DNA of 64,000 nucleotides, taken from NCBI GenBank assembly GCA_963846575.1, contig CAWJWJ010000001.1:832001-896000 (forward strand). Reading direction: 5' to 3'. The DNA comes from an uncultured Nitrospiraceae bacterium. Lineage in GTDB: Bacteria; Nitrospirota; Nitrospiria; Nitrospirales; Nitrospiraceae. The notes beneath the pieces were generated by a model. That model was not told where the DNA came from and ran no database searches. It saw nothing but the letters and a program-made list of their open reading frames with translations. Position numbers and translations under genes: made by a program. Numbering within the stretch: position 1 is the first letter of the stretch; every line of letters starts with the position of its first letter. Positions 20,288 to 30,920 of this stretch are shown here, one piece after another.

Positions 20288-20318
20288 AGGAAGCGCTCTC
20301 CCCCTGAGCTAATCGCCC
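20244..20318 (-). tRNA. tRNA-Val(CAC), integration target
   Basis: Reverse complement GGGCGATTAGCTCAG...CTTCC-TTCACAC-GGAAG...GGTTCGATACC...CGCCCACCA. Confidence 0.95.
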
Positions 20319-20453
20319 ACGCGAGGTGAGTCTAGCATGGTCTAGCAAAACGGAGCAACAAACCTAGCTAGTTAGATTCATCCCGCCACATTGGTCGAAG
20401 TTCCTGAGAAGATGTAACTTCGAGAACATGGTTAGGAAATACCCAGCGGTTTC

Positions 20454-20483
20454 TTGACATCGAGAAAAGGCCATTCCTACAAT
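20454..20483 (+). promoter_or_regulatory. Putative sigma70 promoter of the trmFO-xerC-hslVU operon
   Basis: TTGACA-N18-TACAAT. Confidence 0.55.
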
Positions 20484-20518
20484 GGGCTTCCTTCCATTAT
20501 TCAAAGGCTTTCCCATTC

Positions 20519-21835
20519 ATGCGTGAAGACATCGTGATCATTGGGGGCGGCCTGGCCGGCTCAGAAGCGGCCTGGCAAGCGGCCAACCACGGGGCGAAGG
20601 TGACGCTCTACGAGATGCGTCCGAAGCAGCCGACGAAGGCCCATAAGACAGGTGATCTGGCGGAACTCGTGTGCTCGAATTCACTCGGATCGGCCGACCC
20701 CCTCAATGCACCCGGCATCCTGAAGGCTGAGATGCGTCGCCTGAACTCCCTCGTGATTCGTGCAGCGGAGGAGGCCAGGGTACCGGCGGGTTCCGCCCTG
20801 GCCGTCGATCGTGACCAGTTCGCACGTGCCATCACCAGCGCGTTGGAAGGACATCCGAACATTCGGATCATCCGGGAAGAAGTGACGGAGGTGCCCTCGG
20901 ATGCCGTCAGCATCATCGCGACGGGGCCGCTCACGTCCGAGAAGTTGTCCCAGGCCATCAGCGAATTGACCCACGAGCGGCATCTCTATTTCTTTGATGC
21001 CATTTCGCCTATCGTTGATGCGGATTCGATTAACATGGACATCGTCTATCGCGCATCGCGGTACGGGAAAGGGGGTGCCGACTACCTCAACTGCCCCCTG
21101 GATGAAGCCGCCTATAATGCTTTGTATGAGGCCATGATGGCGGCGGAGAAGGTGCAGCCGAAGGAGTTCGAGAAAATAGCCTATTTCGAGAGTTGCATTC
21201 CTATCGAAGTCATGGCCGAACGAGGCCGGCAGACCATGCAGTTCGGGCCGCTGAAGCCTGTCGGGCTGGAACATCCGACAACCGGAGTCCGCCCCTATGC
21301 CGTGGTTCAGCTACGCACGGAGAACGCGCACGGAACCTGCTACAACATGGTGGGTTTCCAGACCAAACTGACCTATCCTGAGCAGCGTCGGGTGTTCCGT
21401 CTCATACCCGGGCTGGAGCAAGCTGAGTTTTTACGGCTCGGCAGTCTCCATCGCAACACCTTCATCAATTCGCCACAACTGTTGCGAGACACCCTGCAAC
21501 TGAAGTCTCGTGGAACGGTCTTCTTTGCCGGGCAGTTGGTTGGTGTCGAAGGATATACAGAGTCCGCTGCGATGGGAGGCCTCGCCGGCATCAATGCCGC
21601 CCGAGGTTTGGCAGGACAATCGCTGGTCACTCCACCGCCGACCAGCGCTCATGGCTGCTTGATGGCCCACATCACCAAAAGCGACCCGGCGCATTTTCAG
21701 CCTATGAACACAAATTTCGGCTTGTTTCCGCCCCCCTCGGTCAGGACGCGCGACAAGGAACAGAAGCGGCGTCTTATCCAGCAACGAGCCCTTGAGGATT
21801 TTGACGCATGGATCGCGCAATCCGGGCTTTCTTAG
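20519..21835 (+). CDS. trmFO: tRNA (uracil-54) methyltransferase TrmFO/Gid
   Basis: IIGGGLAGSEAA, AELVCSNS, FFDAISPI, VGFQT, HRNTF, GVEGY. Confidence 0.96.
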   Translation: MREDIVIIGGGLAGSEAAWQAANHGAKVTLYEMRPKQPTKAHKTGDLAELVCSNSLGSADPLNAPGILKAEMRRLNSLVIRAAEEARVPAGSALAVDRDQFARAITSALEGHPNIRIIREEVTEVPSDAVSIIATGPLTSEKLSQAISELTHERHLYFFDAISPIVDADSINMDIVYRASRYGKGGADYLNCPLDEAAYNALYEAMMAAEKVQPKEFEKIAYFESCIPIEVMAERGRQTMQFGPLKPVGLEHPTTGVRPYAVVQLRTENAHGTCYNMVGFQTKLTYPEQRRVFRLIPGLEQAEFLRLGSLHRNTFINSPQLLRDTLQLKSRGTVFFAGQLVGVEGYTESAAMGGLAGINAARGLAGQSLVTPPPTSAHGCLMAHITKSDPAHFQPMNTNFGLFPPPSVRTRDKEQKRRLIQQRALEDFDAWIAQSGLS

Positions 21836-22764
21836 ACGCCCTGGCTGTTCAGCAGGGCGCCTCCCCCCAGACGATTCGTGCCTACGCCTCGGACTTGGCT
21901 CAATTCCAAGTTTTTGCGCGCAATGCCCTGGATCCACGCGTGCCCCTCGTCCCTGAATCGATAGAGCCGGCGCTGATCCGTGCCTTCCTCGCCTCGCTTG
22001 ATCGCAGGGGTGAGAAGAAGGCTTCCCTATCGAGAAAACTGGCTTGCCTGCGAAGCTGGTTCCGTTATCTGGTTCGTGCCGGGCAGCTGGAAGCAAACCC
22101 GGCTGAGGGTGTACGGGCACCAAAACTTCCGAAACACCTCCCCCGCGTTCTCACCAAGGATGATGCGGGAGCATTGATGGAGTTCCCCGCCGGTCAGGGA
22201 CAGGATGTGTTGCGTGATCGCGCGATTTTGGAAACGCTCTATTCAACGGGCGCTCGAGTCAGTGAACTGGTGGGGATGAATCGCGGCGATATCAGCCGCA
22301 GCGACGGATTGGTGCGCGTGCGCGGCAAGGGTGCGAAAGAGCGTATCATCCCTCTAGGCGATGTGGCGCTGGAAGCCATCGATGAGTATCTGGCACAAGC
22401 GGCTCAGAAGGCTGACCGATCATCGCAATCAGCGTTGCATGCTCTGCCGGTGTTCCGTAACCGCCGCGGAGGTCGCTTGACCACCCGGACCATTGCGCGC
22501 ATCGTGGCCAAATATTCGAGCCGGCTTGCCGGAGGAACGATTCACCCGCATACATTGCGGCATTCGTTTGCCACCCATCTGCTGGATGAGGGCGCCGATT
22601 TGCGCGCCATTCAAGAAATGCTGGGCCATGTCTCGCTCAGTACGACACAAAAGTACACACACCTGGCGACTGATCAGTTGCTTGCGCTATACGATCGCAC
22701 ACATCCCCGCGCCATGGCGGCAACAGGCCTACCGGGCGGCGCAAAGCAGAAGGACTCGCGATGA
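21808..22764 (+). CDS. xerC: Tyrosine recombinase XerC
   Basis: [41 protein letters not shown]; trmFO-xerC-hslVU context. Confidence 0.9.
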   Translation: MDRAIRAFLDALAVQQGASPQTIRAYASDLAQFQVFARNALDPRVPLVPESIEPALIRAFLASLDRRGEKKASLSRKLACLRSWFRYLVRAGQLEANPAEGVRAPKLPKHLPRVLTKDDAGALMEFPAGQGQDVLRDRAILETLYSTGARVSELVGMNRGDISRSDGLVRVRGKGAKERIIPLGDVALEAIDEYLAQAAQKADRSSQSALHALPVFRNRRGGRLTTRTIARIVAKYSSRLAGGTIHPHTLRHSFATHLLDEGADLRAIQEMLGHVSLSTTQKYTHLATDQLLALYDRTHPRAMAATGLPGGAKQKDSR

Positions 22765-23297
22765 TTATTCGATCCACGACGGTGCTCTGTGTCCGGCGAG
22801 GCAGTCAGGTGACGATGGGCTCCGACGGACAGGTCACAGTCGGCACGACGGTTATGAAGCACAATGCAAGAAAAATGCGGCGCATGCATAACGACACGGT
22901 CCTGGCAGGGTTTGCCGGGGCGACGGCCGATGCCTTTACCCTGTTTGAGAAGTTCGAGGCCAAACTGGCCGAATACCGCGGCAATCTCACTCGTGCCGCC
23001 GTCGAACTGGCGAAAGACTGGCGGACCGATCGTGTCTTGAGGCGGTTGGAGGCATTGCTCGCCGTCGCGGACCTTGATCACTCATTCATCATCTCCGGTA
23101 CCGGGGACGTAGTCGAGCCGGAGGACGGCATCCTCGCCATTGGTTCAGGCGGTCCCTATGCCTTGGCTGCGGCGCGCGCGTTACTGGCGCATTCCGAACT
23201 GGTTGCTGAACTCGTGGTCCGGGAATCCCTCATGATTGCCGGCGGGATCGACATTTATACCAATCAACAGATTGTGATCGAATCGCTCACTCGGTAG
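22761..23297 (+). CDS. hslV: ATP-dependent protease subunit HslV
   Basis: [25 protein letters not shown]. Confidence 0.97.
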   Translation: MIIRSTTVLCVRRGSQVTMGSDGQVTVGTTVMKHNARKMRRMHNDTVLAGFAGATADAFTLFEKFEAKLAEYRGNLTRAAVELAKDWRTDRVLRRLEALLAVADLDHSFIISGTGDVVEPEDGILAIGSGGPYALAAARALLAHSELVAELVVRESLMIAGGIDIYTNQQIVIESLTR

Positions 23298-23309
23298 GAT
23301 CTATTTACC

Positions 23310-24713
23310 ATGACGACTGAACCCATGCCTCGTCCGCTCAATGTGAATAGTCTGACCCCACGGCAAATCGTTGAAGCCTTGGATCGGTATGTGATCGGCC
23401 AGCAAGACGCCAAGCGCATGGTGGCCATTGCACTCCGGAACCGCTGGCGTCGGCAACAGCTGCCTCCTGAGCTGCGTGACGAGGTCATGCCGAAGAACAT
23501 TATTATGATCGGGCCGACCGGCGTGGGAAAGACAGAAATCGCCAGACGCCTGGCCAAACTGGCCGAAGCGCCTTTCATTAAGGTGGAGGCGTCAAAATTC
23601 ACGGAAGTCGGTTATGTCGGCCGCGATGTCGAATCGATCATTCGGGATCTCACGGAGTTGGCGATAAATCTGGTGAAGACGAAACATCTCGAAGAGGTTC
23701 AGGAAAAGGCGTCTCGGCTCGGGGAAGAGCGGATTCTCGATCTGCTGCTGCCTGGTGTTCCTCCACGGTCCACTCCGCCAGGCTTCGATCACTCTGGACA
23801 GCGCTCGGAGACTATCGAGCCGACGGATTCACCTGATGCCACTCGATCCAAGCTCCGGCTACAACTGCGTGAAGGAAAATTAGATCAGCGTTCCGTCGAG
23901 GTGGAGGTGAAAGAGCGGGCATTGCCGCTGGGGGTCATTTCCAACGCGGGCGGCATGGAAGAACTCGAAGGGAATTTGCGCGACATGCTGGGTGGCATGT
24001 TTCAAGGCAAAAAGAAGAAACGATCCATGAAAGTGCCGGATGCGCTGAAGCATCTCACTCAGGAAGAGGCGCAAAAACTCATCGATATGGATGAGGTCGT
24101 GCGGGAGGCGATCGGAAAAGTCGAACAGACCGGCATCGTGTTTCTGGATGAGATTGATAAAATTGCCGGTCGCGAGCGCACAATGGGACCGGACGTGTCC
24201 CGGGAGGGCGTGCAGCGAGATCTGCTGCCGATAGTGGAGGGGGCCACCGTCAGTACGAAGCATGGGGCGGTCCAGACGGATCATATCCTGTTCATCGCCG
24301 CCGGCGCATTTCACGTGGCCAAACCCTCGGATTTGATTCCGGAACTGCAAGGCCGTTTTCCCATCCGTGTAGAGTTGGCGCCCCTGACCAAAGAGGATTT
24401 CGTAAGGATCTTGACCGAACCCCGAGGATCACTGGTTCGTCAATATCACGCCTTGCTGGCGACCGAAGGCCTTACGGTAGAATTCACCGCGGATGGGCTC
24501 GCCGAAATCGCAGCGACCGCAGTGCAGGTGAATGAGCGTACCGAAAATATCGGCGCGCGCCGTCTTTTCACGATCATGGAGCGATTGCTTGAGCAGGTCT
24601 CGTTCGAAGGCGCTGAGATGCAACTCAAGACCATCGTCGTGGATGCGGCCTATGTTCGGGAACGCCTGCAGGACATTGTGAAGGATCAAGACTTGAGCCG
24701 GTATATTCTGTAG
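23310..24713 (+). CDS. hslU: ATP-dependent protease ATPase HslU
   Basis: [37 protein letters not shown]. Confidence 0.97.
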   Translation: MTTEPMPRPLNVNSLTPRQIVEALDRYVIGQQDAKRMVAIALRNRWRRQQLPPELRDEVMPKNIIMIGPTGVGKTEIARRLAKLAEAPFIKVEASKFTEVGYVGRDVESIIRDLTELAINLVKTKHLEEVQEKASRLGEERILDLLLPGVPPRSTPPGFDHSGQRSETIEPTDSPDATRSKLRLQLREGKLDQRSVEVEVKERALPLGVISNAGGMEELEGNLRDMLGGMFQGKKKKRSMKVPDALKHLTQEEAQKLIDMDEVVREAIGKVEQTGIVFLDEIDKIAGRERTMGPDVSREGVQRDLLPIVEGATVSTKHGAVQTDHILFIAAGAFHVAKPSDLIPELQGRFPIRVELAPLTKEDFVRILTEPRGSLVRQYHALLATEGLTVEFTADGLAEIAATAVQVNERTENIGARRLFTIMERLLEQVSFEGAEMQLKTIVVDAAYVRERLQDIVKDQDLSRYIL

Positions 24714-24740
24714 GCGGCCATCAGGAGCGAGGAGTGACGC

Positions 24741-25637
24741 ATGCACAAACTGATTAAGAAGGCCGACGTCCTCATTGAGGCGTTGCCCTACATCCGTACC
24801 TTCAAGGGCAAAACCGTGGTCATCAAGTATGGCGGCCATGCGATGACGGATCCGTCGCTCAAGGGACGTTTCGCGCAAAACGTCGTGTTACTGAAGTATG
24901 TCGGACTCAATCCGGTCATCGTACATGGAGGAGGCCCTCAGATCGATCAGATGCTTGACCGGCTGGGCATGGAAGCAAAATTTCGCCATGGGGTTCGGGT
25001 GACTGACGCGGCCACCATGGAAATTGTCGAGATGGTGCTGGCCGGCCGGATCAACATGGAAATCGTGGATCTGCTGAATCGGCACGGCGGTCAGGCGGTC
25101 GGACTCAGCGGGAAAGACGGCGGGCTGATGTTGACGAAGCCCTTAACGGCCAAGGCCTGGGCAGAGAGCATCGAGAAGGACTTCGATGCCGCAGAGTCGG
25201 ATGCGGATTTCGGGTTTGTCGGGGATGTGAAATCGATCGACCCCACGCTTCTGCTCAAGTTGCAAGAGGACAGTTACATCCCCGTCATTGCGCCCATCGG
25301 GACTGACCGAGAAGGCAATACCTATAATATTAATGCCGACCTGGTGGCGGGGGCTATTGCGGCAGCCTTGAAGGCTGAAAAACTTGTCATGTTGACCGAT
25401 GTGAAAGGCATTCGTGACGCCAACGGCCGCCACCTGTCGACGGTCTCTCGTAAGGATGTGCAGCGGATGGTCAAACGCGGCACAATCAGCGAGGGAATGC
25501 TGCCGAAAGTGCATGCTTGTCTGGATGCTCTGGCCGAGGGCGTAGGCAAAGCGCACATCGTCGATGGCCGTATCCCCCATGCCATTCTTTTGGAGATATT
25601 CACCCATAAGGGTATCGGCACCGAGATCGTGGCATAG
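24741..25637 (+). CDS. argB: Acetylglutamate kinase
   Basis: VVIKYGGHAM, VHGGGPQI, NINAD, GMLPKV. Confidence 0.96.
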   Translation: MHKLIKKADVLIEALPYIRTFKGKTVVIKYGGHAMTDPSLKGRFAQNVVLLKYVGLNPVIVHGGGPQIDQMLDRLGMEAKFRHGVRVTDAATMEIVEMVLAGRINMEIVDLLNRHGGQAVGLSGKDGGLMLTKPLTAKAWAESIEKDFDAAESDADFGFVGDVKSIDPTLLLKLQEDSYIPVIAPIGTDREGNTYNINADLVAGAIAAALKAEKLVMLTDVKGIRDANGRHLSTVSRKDVQRMVKRGTISEGMLPKVHACLDALAEGVGKAHIVDGRIPHAILLEIFTHKGIGTEIVA

Positions 25638-25640
25638 CGT

Positions 25641-26501
25641 GTGACCTCACGGATCCTTACCCACCTTCAGGCGCTAGTTGGAGAGCGGCATCCAGTGACG
25701 GCGCCGACACACCTGGCTGTGGTCGAAGACTATCTTGCCGCCGGCTTTAAGGCCATGGGGTATGAGGTCGCTCGGCAGCCCTTCGAGGCCTTGGGTGGAA
25801 CCTATTACAACGTGGTCGCAACCAGGCACGATCGTATTACCTCCGGCAGGTTCCCACCACTAGTCATCGGCGCGCACTACGATACAGTGCCCGGTTCGCC
25901 AGGGGCCGACGATAATGCGAGTGCGCTGGCGGTATTGCTGGAGACAGCGGAGGCCCTCGTCGGGGCATCCCTCATACGACCGCTTCGGTTCGTCGCTTTC
26001 TGCCTGGAGGAGCAAGGCCTGCTGGGAAGCTCGGCCTATGTGGCGATGTTACGACGGCAGCAGGAGGCGCTCGCGGGTGCGATTATCTTGGAATGTGTCG
26101 GTTATGCGCAGTTGGAAGAAGGGACGCAGCGTGTCCCTTCAGGTGTACCGGTCGTTGTTCCCACGGTCGGCAATTTTTTAGCTGTCGTCGGTAACGAAGC
26201 CTCCAAAGGCTTGACCAGGGCTGTCGAACAGACGATGCGGGCGTATGTTCCCATGGTCCAGTTGGTAGTTCCTGGCCAGGGAGAAATTCTGCCGGATACC
26301 AGGCGGAGTGATCATGTGGCATTCTGGGAACAGGGATTTTCTGCCGTCATGCTGACTGATACAGCGAATTTCAGGAATCCACACTATCATCAATCGAGCG
26401 ATACGCTGGAGACCTTGAATCTGGACTTCATGAGCCAGATCGCGAACGGGGTTGCGGCGACCGCGATCCAACTGGCCGGAATCGGAGACCATGCCTCGTA
26501 G
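25641..26501 (+). CDS. M28 family peptidase
   Basis: GAHYDT, PGADDNAS, EE.G, RSDH, YH..SD. Confidence 0.88.
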   Translation: MTSRILTHLQALVGERHPVTAPTHLAVVEDYLAAGFKAMGYEVARQPFEALGGTYYNVVATRHDRITSGRFPPLVIGAHYDTVPGSPGADDNASALAVLLETAEALVGASLIRPLRFVAFCLEEQGLLGSSAYVAMLRRQQEALAGAIILECVGYAQLEEGTQRVPSGVPVVVPTVGNFLAVVGNEASKGLTRAVEQTMRAYVPMVQLVVPGQGEILPDTRRSDHVAFWEQGFSAVMLTDTANFRNPHYHQSSDTLETLNLDFMSQIANGVAATAIQLAGIGDHAS

Positions 26502-27189
26502 CAGCGTGACGGTTCAGAAGGCTACCCGACGTGTAATCAGGGAACTCTTCGCACGTCTCGATTATGGGCAATTGGGGCCCATCTATTGCGATGAAGGCGG
26601 AGATGAATTTTGGATGGCCAAACGTGGGCCCTGTCTGCGTCTGGGTATGGCTGTCGCGAACGTGCTTGTGACGCGTCTTACGCCCGGGGGCACGAGCCTG
26701 TACGTGGGAGCCGGGGTTCCGGAGATTCCGCCTATTGTCGCGGAAAGTTTAGACCTGGGGCGACGAGTAGTGGCCTGCAATCTACGAAGACAAGAAGTGC
26801 GGATCCTGAATCGTGCCTGCACCGGCCTTTCAGTGCGTTTTCAGCATCGAGACGCCGGCTCCGTTAGAGACCGGGTGGATCATCTCTGGCTGGTCAGTGT
26901 CCTGAACGATCCGGAGCGGTTTCCGGAACTGTCGACGCTGTCGTACGGGCAGGCCAATCCTGTGACATTCAAGGCACGCAAATTCCTTCTGCAGCAGCGG
27001 ACGGTCGCGAGGCTGGTTGACCGGTGTCTCAGTCGACTCACCGTCCCTGGATTGGTGACAACAACGGTGGAAGAGGCCGTGTGGATCGCTGAATGGTGCC
27101 ACCGAACAGGAACCCCCTACCGCATCGAACCCCGGACGTTTGCTTCGCCTACGGTCGGGGATCCGATATGCCTGATGCGGATCGGATAG
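26491..27189 (+). CDS. Hypothetical protein, possibly SAM-dependent methyltransferase fold
   Basis: SLYVGAG glycine motif; overlaps the upstream gene. Confidence 0.55.
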   Translation: MPRSSVTVQKATRRVIRELFARLDYGQLGPIYCDEGGDEFWMAKRGPCLRLGMAVANVLVTRLTPGGTSLYVGAGVPEIPPIVAESLDLGRRVVACNLRRQEVRILNRACTGLSVRFQHRDAGSVRDRVDHLWLVSVLNDPERFPELSTLSYGQANPVTFKARKFLLQQRTVARLVDRCLSRLTVPGLVTTTVEEAVWIAEWCHRTGTPYRIEPRTFASPTVGDPICLMRIG

Positions 27190-27232
27190 GAGAACGAGGG
27201 GGCACTGTGGCAGAACCGGCCGTGGCGGGGAG

Positions 27233-27772
27233 TTACACCCAGAATCCCGGAGCCGGCTTATCCGGGCCGAAGAGGTACTGGCGGGAGTAGCCCACATAGT
27301 TCTGCGCCGATTCACGGATCCAGGCGAGTTCCTGCTCGGTCACGGGACGTTTGACCTTCGCCGGTGATCCCAAAACCAGACTCTTGGGCTCAACGATGGT
27401 GCCGGGCGTGACTAGAGCGCCGGCGGCGACCACGGAATCTTCGCCGATGACGACGCCATCCATGATGATCGCCCCCATTCCGACCAAGACACGGTCCTGA
27501 ATGGTGCAGCCATGCAGCACGACATGGTGCCCGATGGTTACGTCGCTACCGATGATCAGAGGATGCGTGTCATGCGTGACGTGCAGCGCGCAGAGATCCT
27601 GCACGTTCGTCCGGTCGCCGATCCTGATGTAGTTCACGTCTCCGCGAATGACCGCGTGAAACCAGGCGCTACTGTCTTCGCCCATGACGACATCACCAAT
27701 GACTACGGCGGTTTCTTCGATATAGCAGGACTGAGGGATGGTCGGCTTGACACCACGAAATGTCCGAATCAT
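27233..27772 (-). CDS. Gamma carbonic anhydrase family protein (YrdA-like)
   Basis: Hexapeptide repeats; RGD, NVQD..H, GH..LHGC. Confidence 0.92.
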   Translation of the reverse strand: MIRTFRGVKPTIPQSCYIEETAVVIGDVVMGEDSSAWFHAVIRGDVNYIRIGDRTNVQDLCALHVTHDTHPLIIGSDVTIGHHVVLHGCTIQDRVLVGMGAIIMDGVVIGEDSVVAAGALVTPGTIVEPKSLVLGSPAKVKRPVTEQELAWIRESAQNYVGYSRQYLFGPDKPAPGFWV

Positions 27773-27855
27773 GAGCACAATTTAGGATAGCTTCGAATGG
27801 AATAGCAAGCTTGACGTTTGACAGGCTTTTCAAGCGTCTCGTAGACTGCCGGGAT

Positions 27856-29310
27856 ATGGCTTCATCACTTATCACACCATCACGCCTCAAGCAGGGTAAA
27901 CCCACGATCGGTTTCGTGAACCTCGGCTGCTCCAAAAATCAGGTGGATTCCGAGGTCATGCTCGGCACGCTGGTCGCGGGGGGGTTCCAACTCACGGGCG
28001 ATGCGCGCGCCGCCGAAGTGGTCATCATCAATACCTGCGGCTTCATTGAGGAGGCGAAACAGGAATCGATCAACAGCATCATTGAACATGGGCGTCTGAA
28101 AAAGTCCGGTTCGTGCCGGGTGTTGATTGCGGCCGGCTGCCTGGCGCAACGGTACCAGGGAGAGTTGCTAAAGGAGTTGCCGGAACTGGACGGGGTGGTC
28201 GGAACGGGAGAATTCGGGCGCATTGCGGAGATCTGTCGTAGTCTGCTGACTCCCAAGGCGCGTCAACAACGAGTGTGGCTCGGGCAGCCCCCGTATCTCT
28301 ATGACGCGGAGACGCCGCGCATCCGCCTCGGAACTCCCCATAGTGCCTATTTAAAAATCGCCGAAGGCTGTAACCGCAATTGCGCCTTCTGTGCGATTCC
28401 CATTATGCGAGGTAAGCAACGGAGCCGACCGATCGAATCAATCGTCACGGAGGCGAAGCGACTGGCTCAAGAAGGAGTCAAGGAGCTTAACCTCATTTCA
28501 CAGGACACGATCAATTACGGGGTGGATCTCGGCCTCCGGCAAGGCCTGACGACTCTCTTGCGTGAGTTGGTCACGGTTAAAGGCGTGCGATGGATTAGGC
28601 CGTTTTACCTCTATCCGCAGCAGGTCACCGACGAACTGTTGGCGCTCTATGCCGGAGAAGCACAGATTACGAAGTATCTCGATATGCCCTTGCAACACAT
28701 CAGTGATGGCATGCTCAAACGCATGCATCGGTTAGGCGATCGCAAGCATTTGACCGGGCTGGTTGAGCGCATCCGTGCCAGGATTCCGGGCGTATTTTTC
28801 CGCACAGCCTTTATCGTCGGATTTCCTGGTGAGACCGATGACATGTTCGAGGAACTGAAGCAGTTCATGATCGACATGGAGTTTGACCGCGCCGCGGTAT
28901 TTCTCTATTCCGATGAAGAGGGCACATCTGCGGTGGACCTCGATCGCAAGGTCGATCGTGCGGTCATGGAGGAGCGTCGCAATGAACTCCTGGCCGTACA
29001 AGATTCCATCTCGGCGGCAAAAAACCGTGATTACCTGGGGCGCACCGTTGAAGTGCTTGTGGATGGGAGATCCGAGGAATCCGACCGGTTACTCGAGGCG
29101 AGGCATGAAGGCCTGGCTCCGGAAATAGACGGGGTGGTCTATTGCGAGTCTGGAACCGCCCTGCCCGGTGAGTTTGTCTCGGTGACGGTGACTGATGTGG
29201 TGGGGTACGATTTGATCACTCAACCGGTCGACCGGACTGCTGCCCCAGGGCCTGCTCCCGTTTCGCCGTCGCTTCTCATGCCCAAAAAAGCCGGGGCAGG
29301 CTACCGGTAG
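27856..29310 (+). CDS. rimO: Ribosomal protein S12 methylthiotransferase
   Basis: LGCSKNQVDSE, NTCGFI, CNRNCAFC radical SAM, APEIDG TRAM. Confidence 0.95.
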   Translation: MASSLITPSRLKQGKPTIGFVNLGCSKNQVDSEVMLGTLVAGGFQLTGDARAAEVVIINTCGFIEEAKQESINSIIEHGRLKKSGSCRVLIAAGCLAQRYQGELLKELPELDGVVGTGEFGRIAEICRSLLTPKARQQRVWLGQPPYLYDAETPRIRLGTPHSAYLKIAEGCNRNCAFCAIPIMRGKQRSRPIESIVTEAKRLAQEGVKELNLISQDTINYGVDLGLRQGLTTLLRELVTVKGVRWIRPFYLYPQQVTDELLALYAGEAQITKYLDMPLQHISDGMLKRMHRLGDRKHLTGLVERIRARIPGVFFRTAFIVGFPGETDDMFEELKQFMIDMEFDRAAVFLYSDEEGTSAVDLDRKVDRAVMEERRNELLAVQDSISAAKNRDYLGRTVEVLVDGRSEESDRLLEARHEGLAPEIDGVVYCESGTALPGEFVSVTVTDVVGYDLITQPVDRTAAPGPAPVSPSLLMPKKAGAGYR

Positions 29311-29339
29311 ATGTTCCTCTCCCGACAGCCTGCCCCGGT
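29290..29339. terminator. Inverted repeat between convergent rimO and degP
   Basis: GCCGGGGCAGGCT ... AGCCTGCCCCGGT. Confidence 0.55.
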
Positions 29340-29342
29340 TCG

Positions 29343-30815
29343 TTACACCTTGGCGCTTAGATACAGCGATGCACCACGCCGATTAACCAAGACCAGTACG
29401 TTCTGTCCCTTCTTGAGGTCTGAGGAGACTCGATCGTAATCCTTGATCGACGTGACCGGCTTACGATTGATCTCCCGGATGACGTCACCCGGCATCAACC
29501 CGGCTCGCTCGGCTTCGCTCTCCGGATCCACAGAGGTCACGACCACGCCTTGAATCTTCCCCTTGAGACCCAGTTCCTGAGCGGTCTCTCGATCAAGCTC
29601 CTGCACCGCGAGTCCGGCCAGAGGTTGATCCGATGATCCCGCCTCCGCCTTTGCGACTTGCTGGTTCTCCGGGAGCTCGCCGATCATAACGGACAAATCC
29701 TTTTCCCGACCATCGCGAATGACCTTCAATGAAGCTGTGCTGCCGACGCTGCTGCGGGTCACCGCCCGTTGAAGCGTGACGGCATCTTCGATCGGAGTGC
29801 CTTGAAATAAAGTGATCACGTCGCCTTGTTTGAGGCCCGCTTTCTCGGCCGGTCCGTCTTCCTTGATGTCGGTCACGAGGGCCCCGTTGTTGCCTTTGAG
29901 GTCAAAGGATTTAGCCAAGTCCTGATTCAGGTCCTGTATTCCGATGCCGAGATACCCCCGCACGACCTTGCCGGTCTTGACCAGGCTTTCATAGATGGGC
30001 TTGCTCATGCTGGTCGGCACCGCGAATCCTACACCCTGGTATCCCCCGCTCTGGGAGAAAATCGCGGTGTTGATGCCGATCAGCTCTCCCCTGGTGTTGA
30101 CCAATGCGCCGCCGCTGTTTCCGGGGTTAATGGCGGCATCGGTCTGGATGAAGTCTTCGTACTGCGTAATCCCCATGTGCCCACGACCCAGGGCGCTCAC
30201 GATTCCCAGGGTTACCGTGGAATTCAATCCGAAGGGGTTGCCGACCGCCAGCACATATTCTCCAACCTGCAGGCGGCTGGAATCGCCCCAGGGGACGGAT
30301 GGCAGGTTTTGAGCATCGATCTTTACCACCGCGATGTCGCTCTTGGGATCGCTACCGACGATGCGACCCTTGAATTCCCGTTTGTCGGGCAGTGTGATGG
30401 TGACGGTTTTGGCACCATCGATCACATGGTTGTTGGTCAGGACATACCCGTCCGGTGTAACGATCACACCCGACCCCTGCCCGCCTCCGCGCCGCTCCCG
30501 AGGTTCCGGTCCGAATCGGCGAGGTCCGAACGGAGAGCCGAAGAATTCGTCCATTCGCCCTCGAGGGTGCGTCGAATCAGTCACCTGTTCTGCTGCACTC
30601 GTGGTGATATTCACCACGGCGGGTGTGACGGTCTTCGCCACATCTGCGAATCCCGCGGACGGGAGGACGCCGGATGGGACGGTGGAATGTTCGGCGACAA
30701 CCGGTGCAGGGTTCGAGGCGTGCGAGGTCGTGAGCGAAGCATAGCTCCAAATGAGGGTTGCGCCGAGAACGGCGACGCCGGCAAAGGTGCCCGCGGATGG
30801 CATAGGTCGATTCAT
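29343..30815 (-). CDS. DegP/DegQ (HtrA) serine endoprotease with two PDZ domains
   Basis: TNNHV, DIAV, QTDAAINPGNSGGAL. Confidence 0.95.
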   Translation of the reverse strand: MNRPMPSAGTFAGVAVLGATLIWSYASLTTSHASNPAPVVAEHSTVPSGVLPSAGFADVAKTVTPAVVNITTSAAEQVTDSTHPRGRMDEFFGSPFGPRRFGPEPRERRGGGQGSGVIVTPDGYVLTNNHVIDGAKTVTITLPDKREFKGRIVGSDPKSDIAVVKIDAQNLPSVPWGDSSRLQVGEYVLAVGNPFGLNSTVTLGIVSALGRGHMGITQYEDFIQTDAAINPGNSGGALVNTRGELIGINTAIFSQSGGYQGVGFAVPTSMSKPIYESLVKTGKVVRGYLGIGIQDLNQDLAKSFDLKGNNGALVTDIKEDGPAEKAGLKQGDVITLFQGTPIEDAVTLQRAVTRSSVGSTASLKVIRDGREKDLSVMIGELPENQQVAKAEAGSSDQPLAGLAVQELDRETAQELGLKGKIQGVVVTSVDPESEAERAGLMPGDVIREINRKPVTSIKDYDRVSSDLKKGQNVLVLVNRRGASLYLSAKV

Positions 30816-30920
30816 ACGTTCCTCCTCCAGGTAAACATTAGTCCGTGCGGATCAGGTCACATGAGTGTGACCGTCATGTGGAGGGTAACAATCTGGAATG
30901 AGAAGCGTATTAGCTGGGGA

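Larger units (their letters stand above)
13914..20290. mobile_element. Small integrative element (int-xis-Rep_trans, TA, Rhs cargo) inserted in tRNA-Val(CAC)
   Basis: 49-bp perfect direct repeats 13914-13962 and 20242-20290 equal to the tRNA 3' part; int, xis and rep inside. Confidence 0.93.

Noticed and set aside
13914..20290. Complete filamentous prophage or ICE
   Set aside because: No coat, Zot/pI, VirB4 or coupling protein genes
21808..22764. XerC as part of the mobile element
   Set aside because: Outside the att repeats and in the conserved trmFO-xerC-hslVU operon
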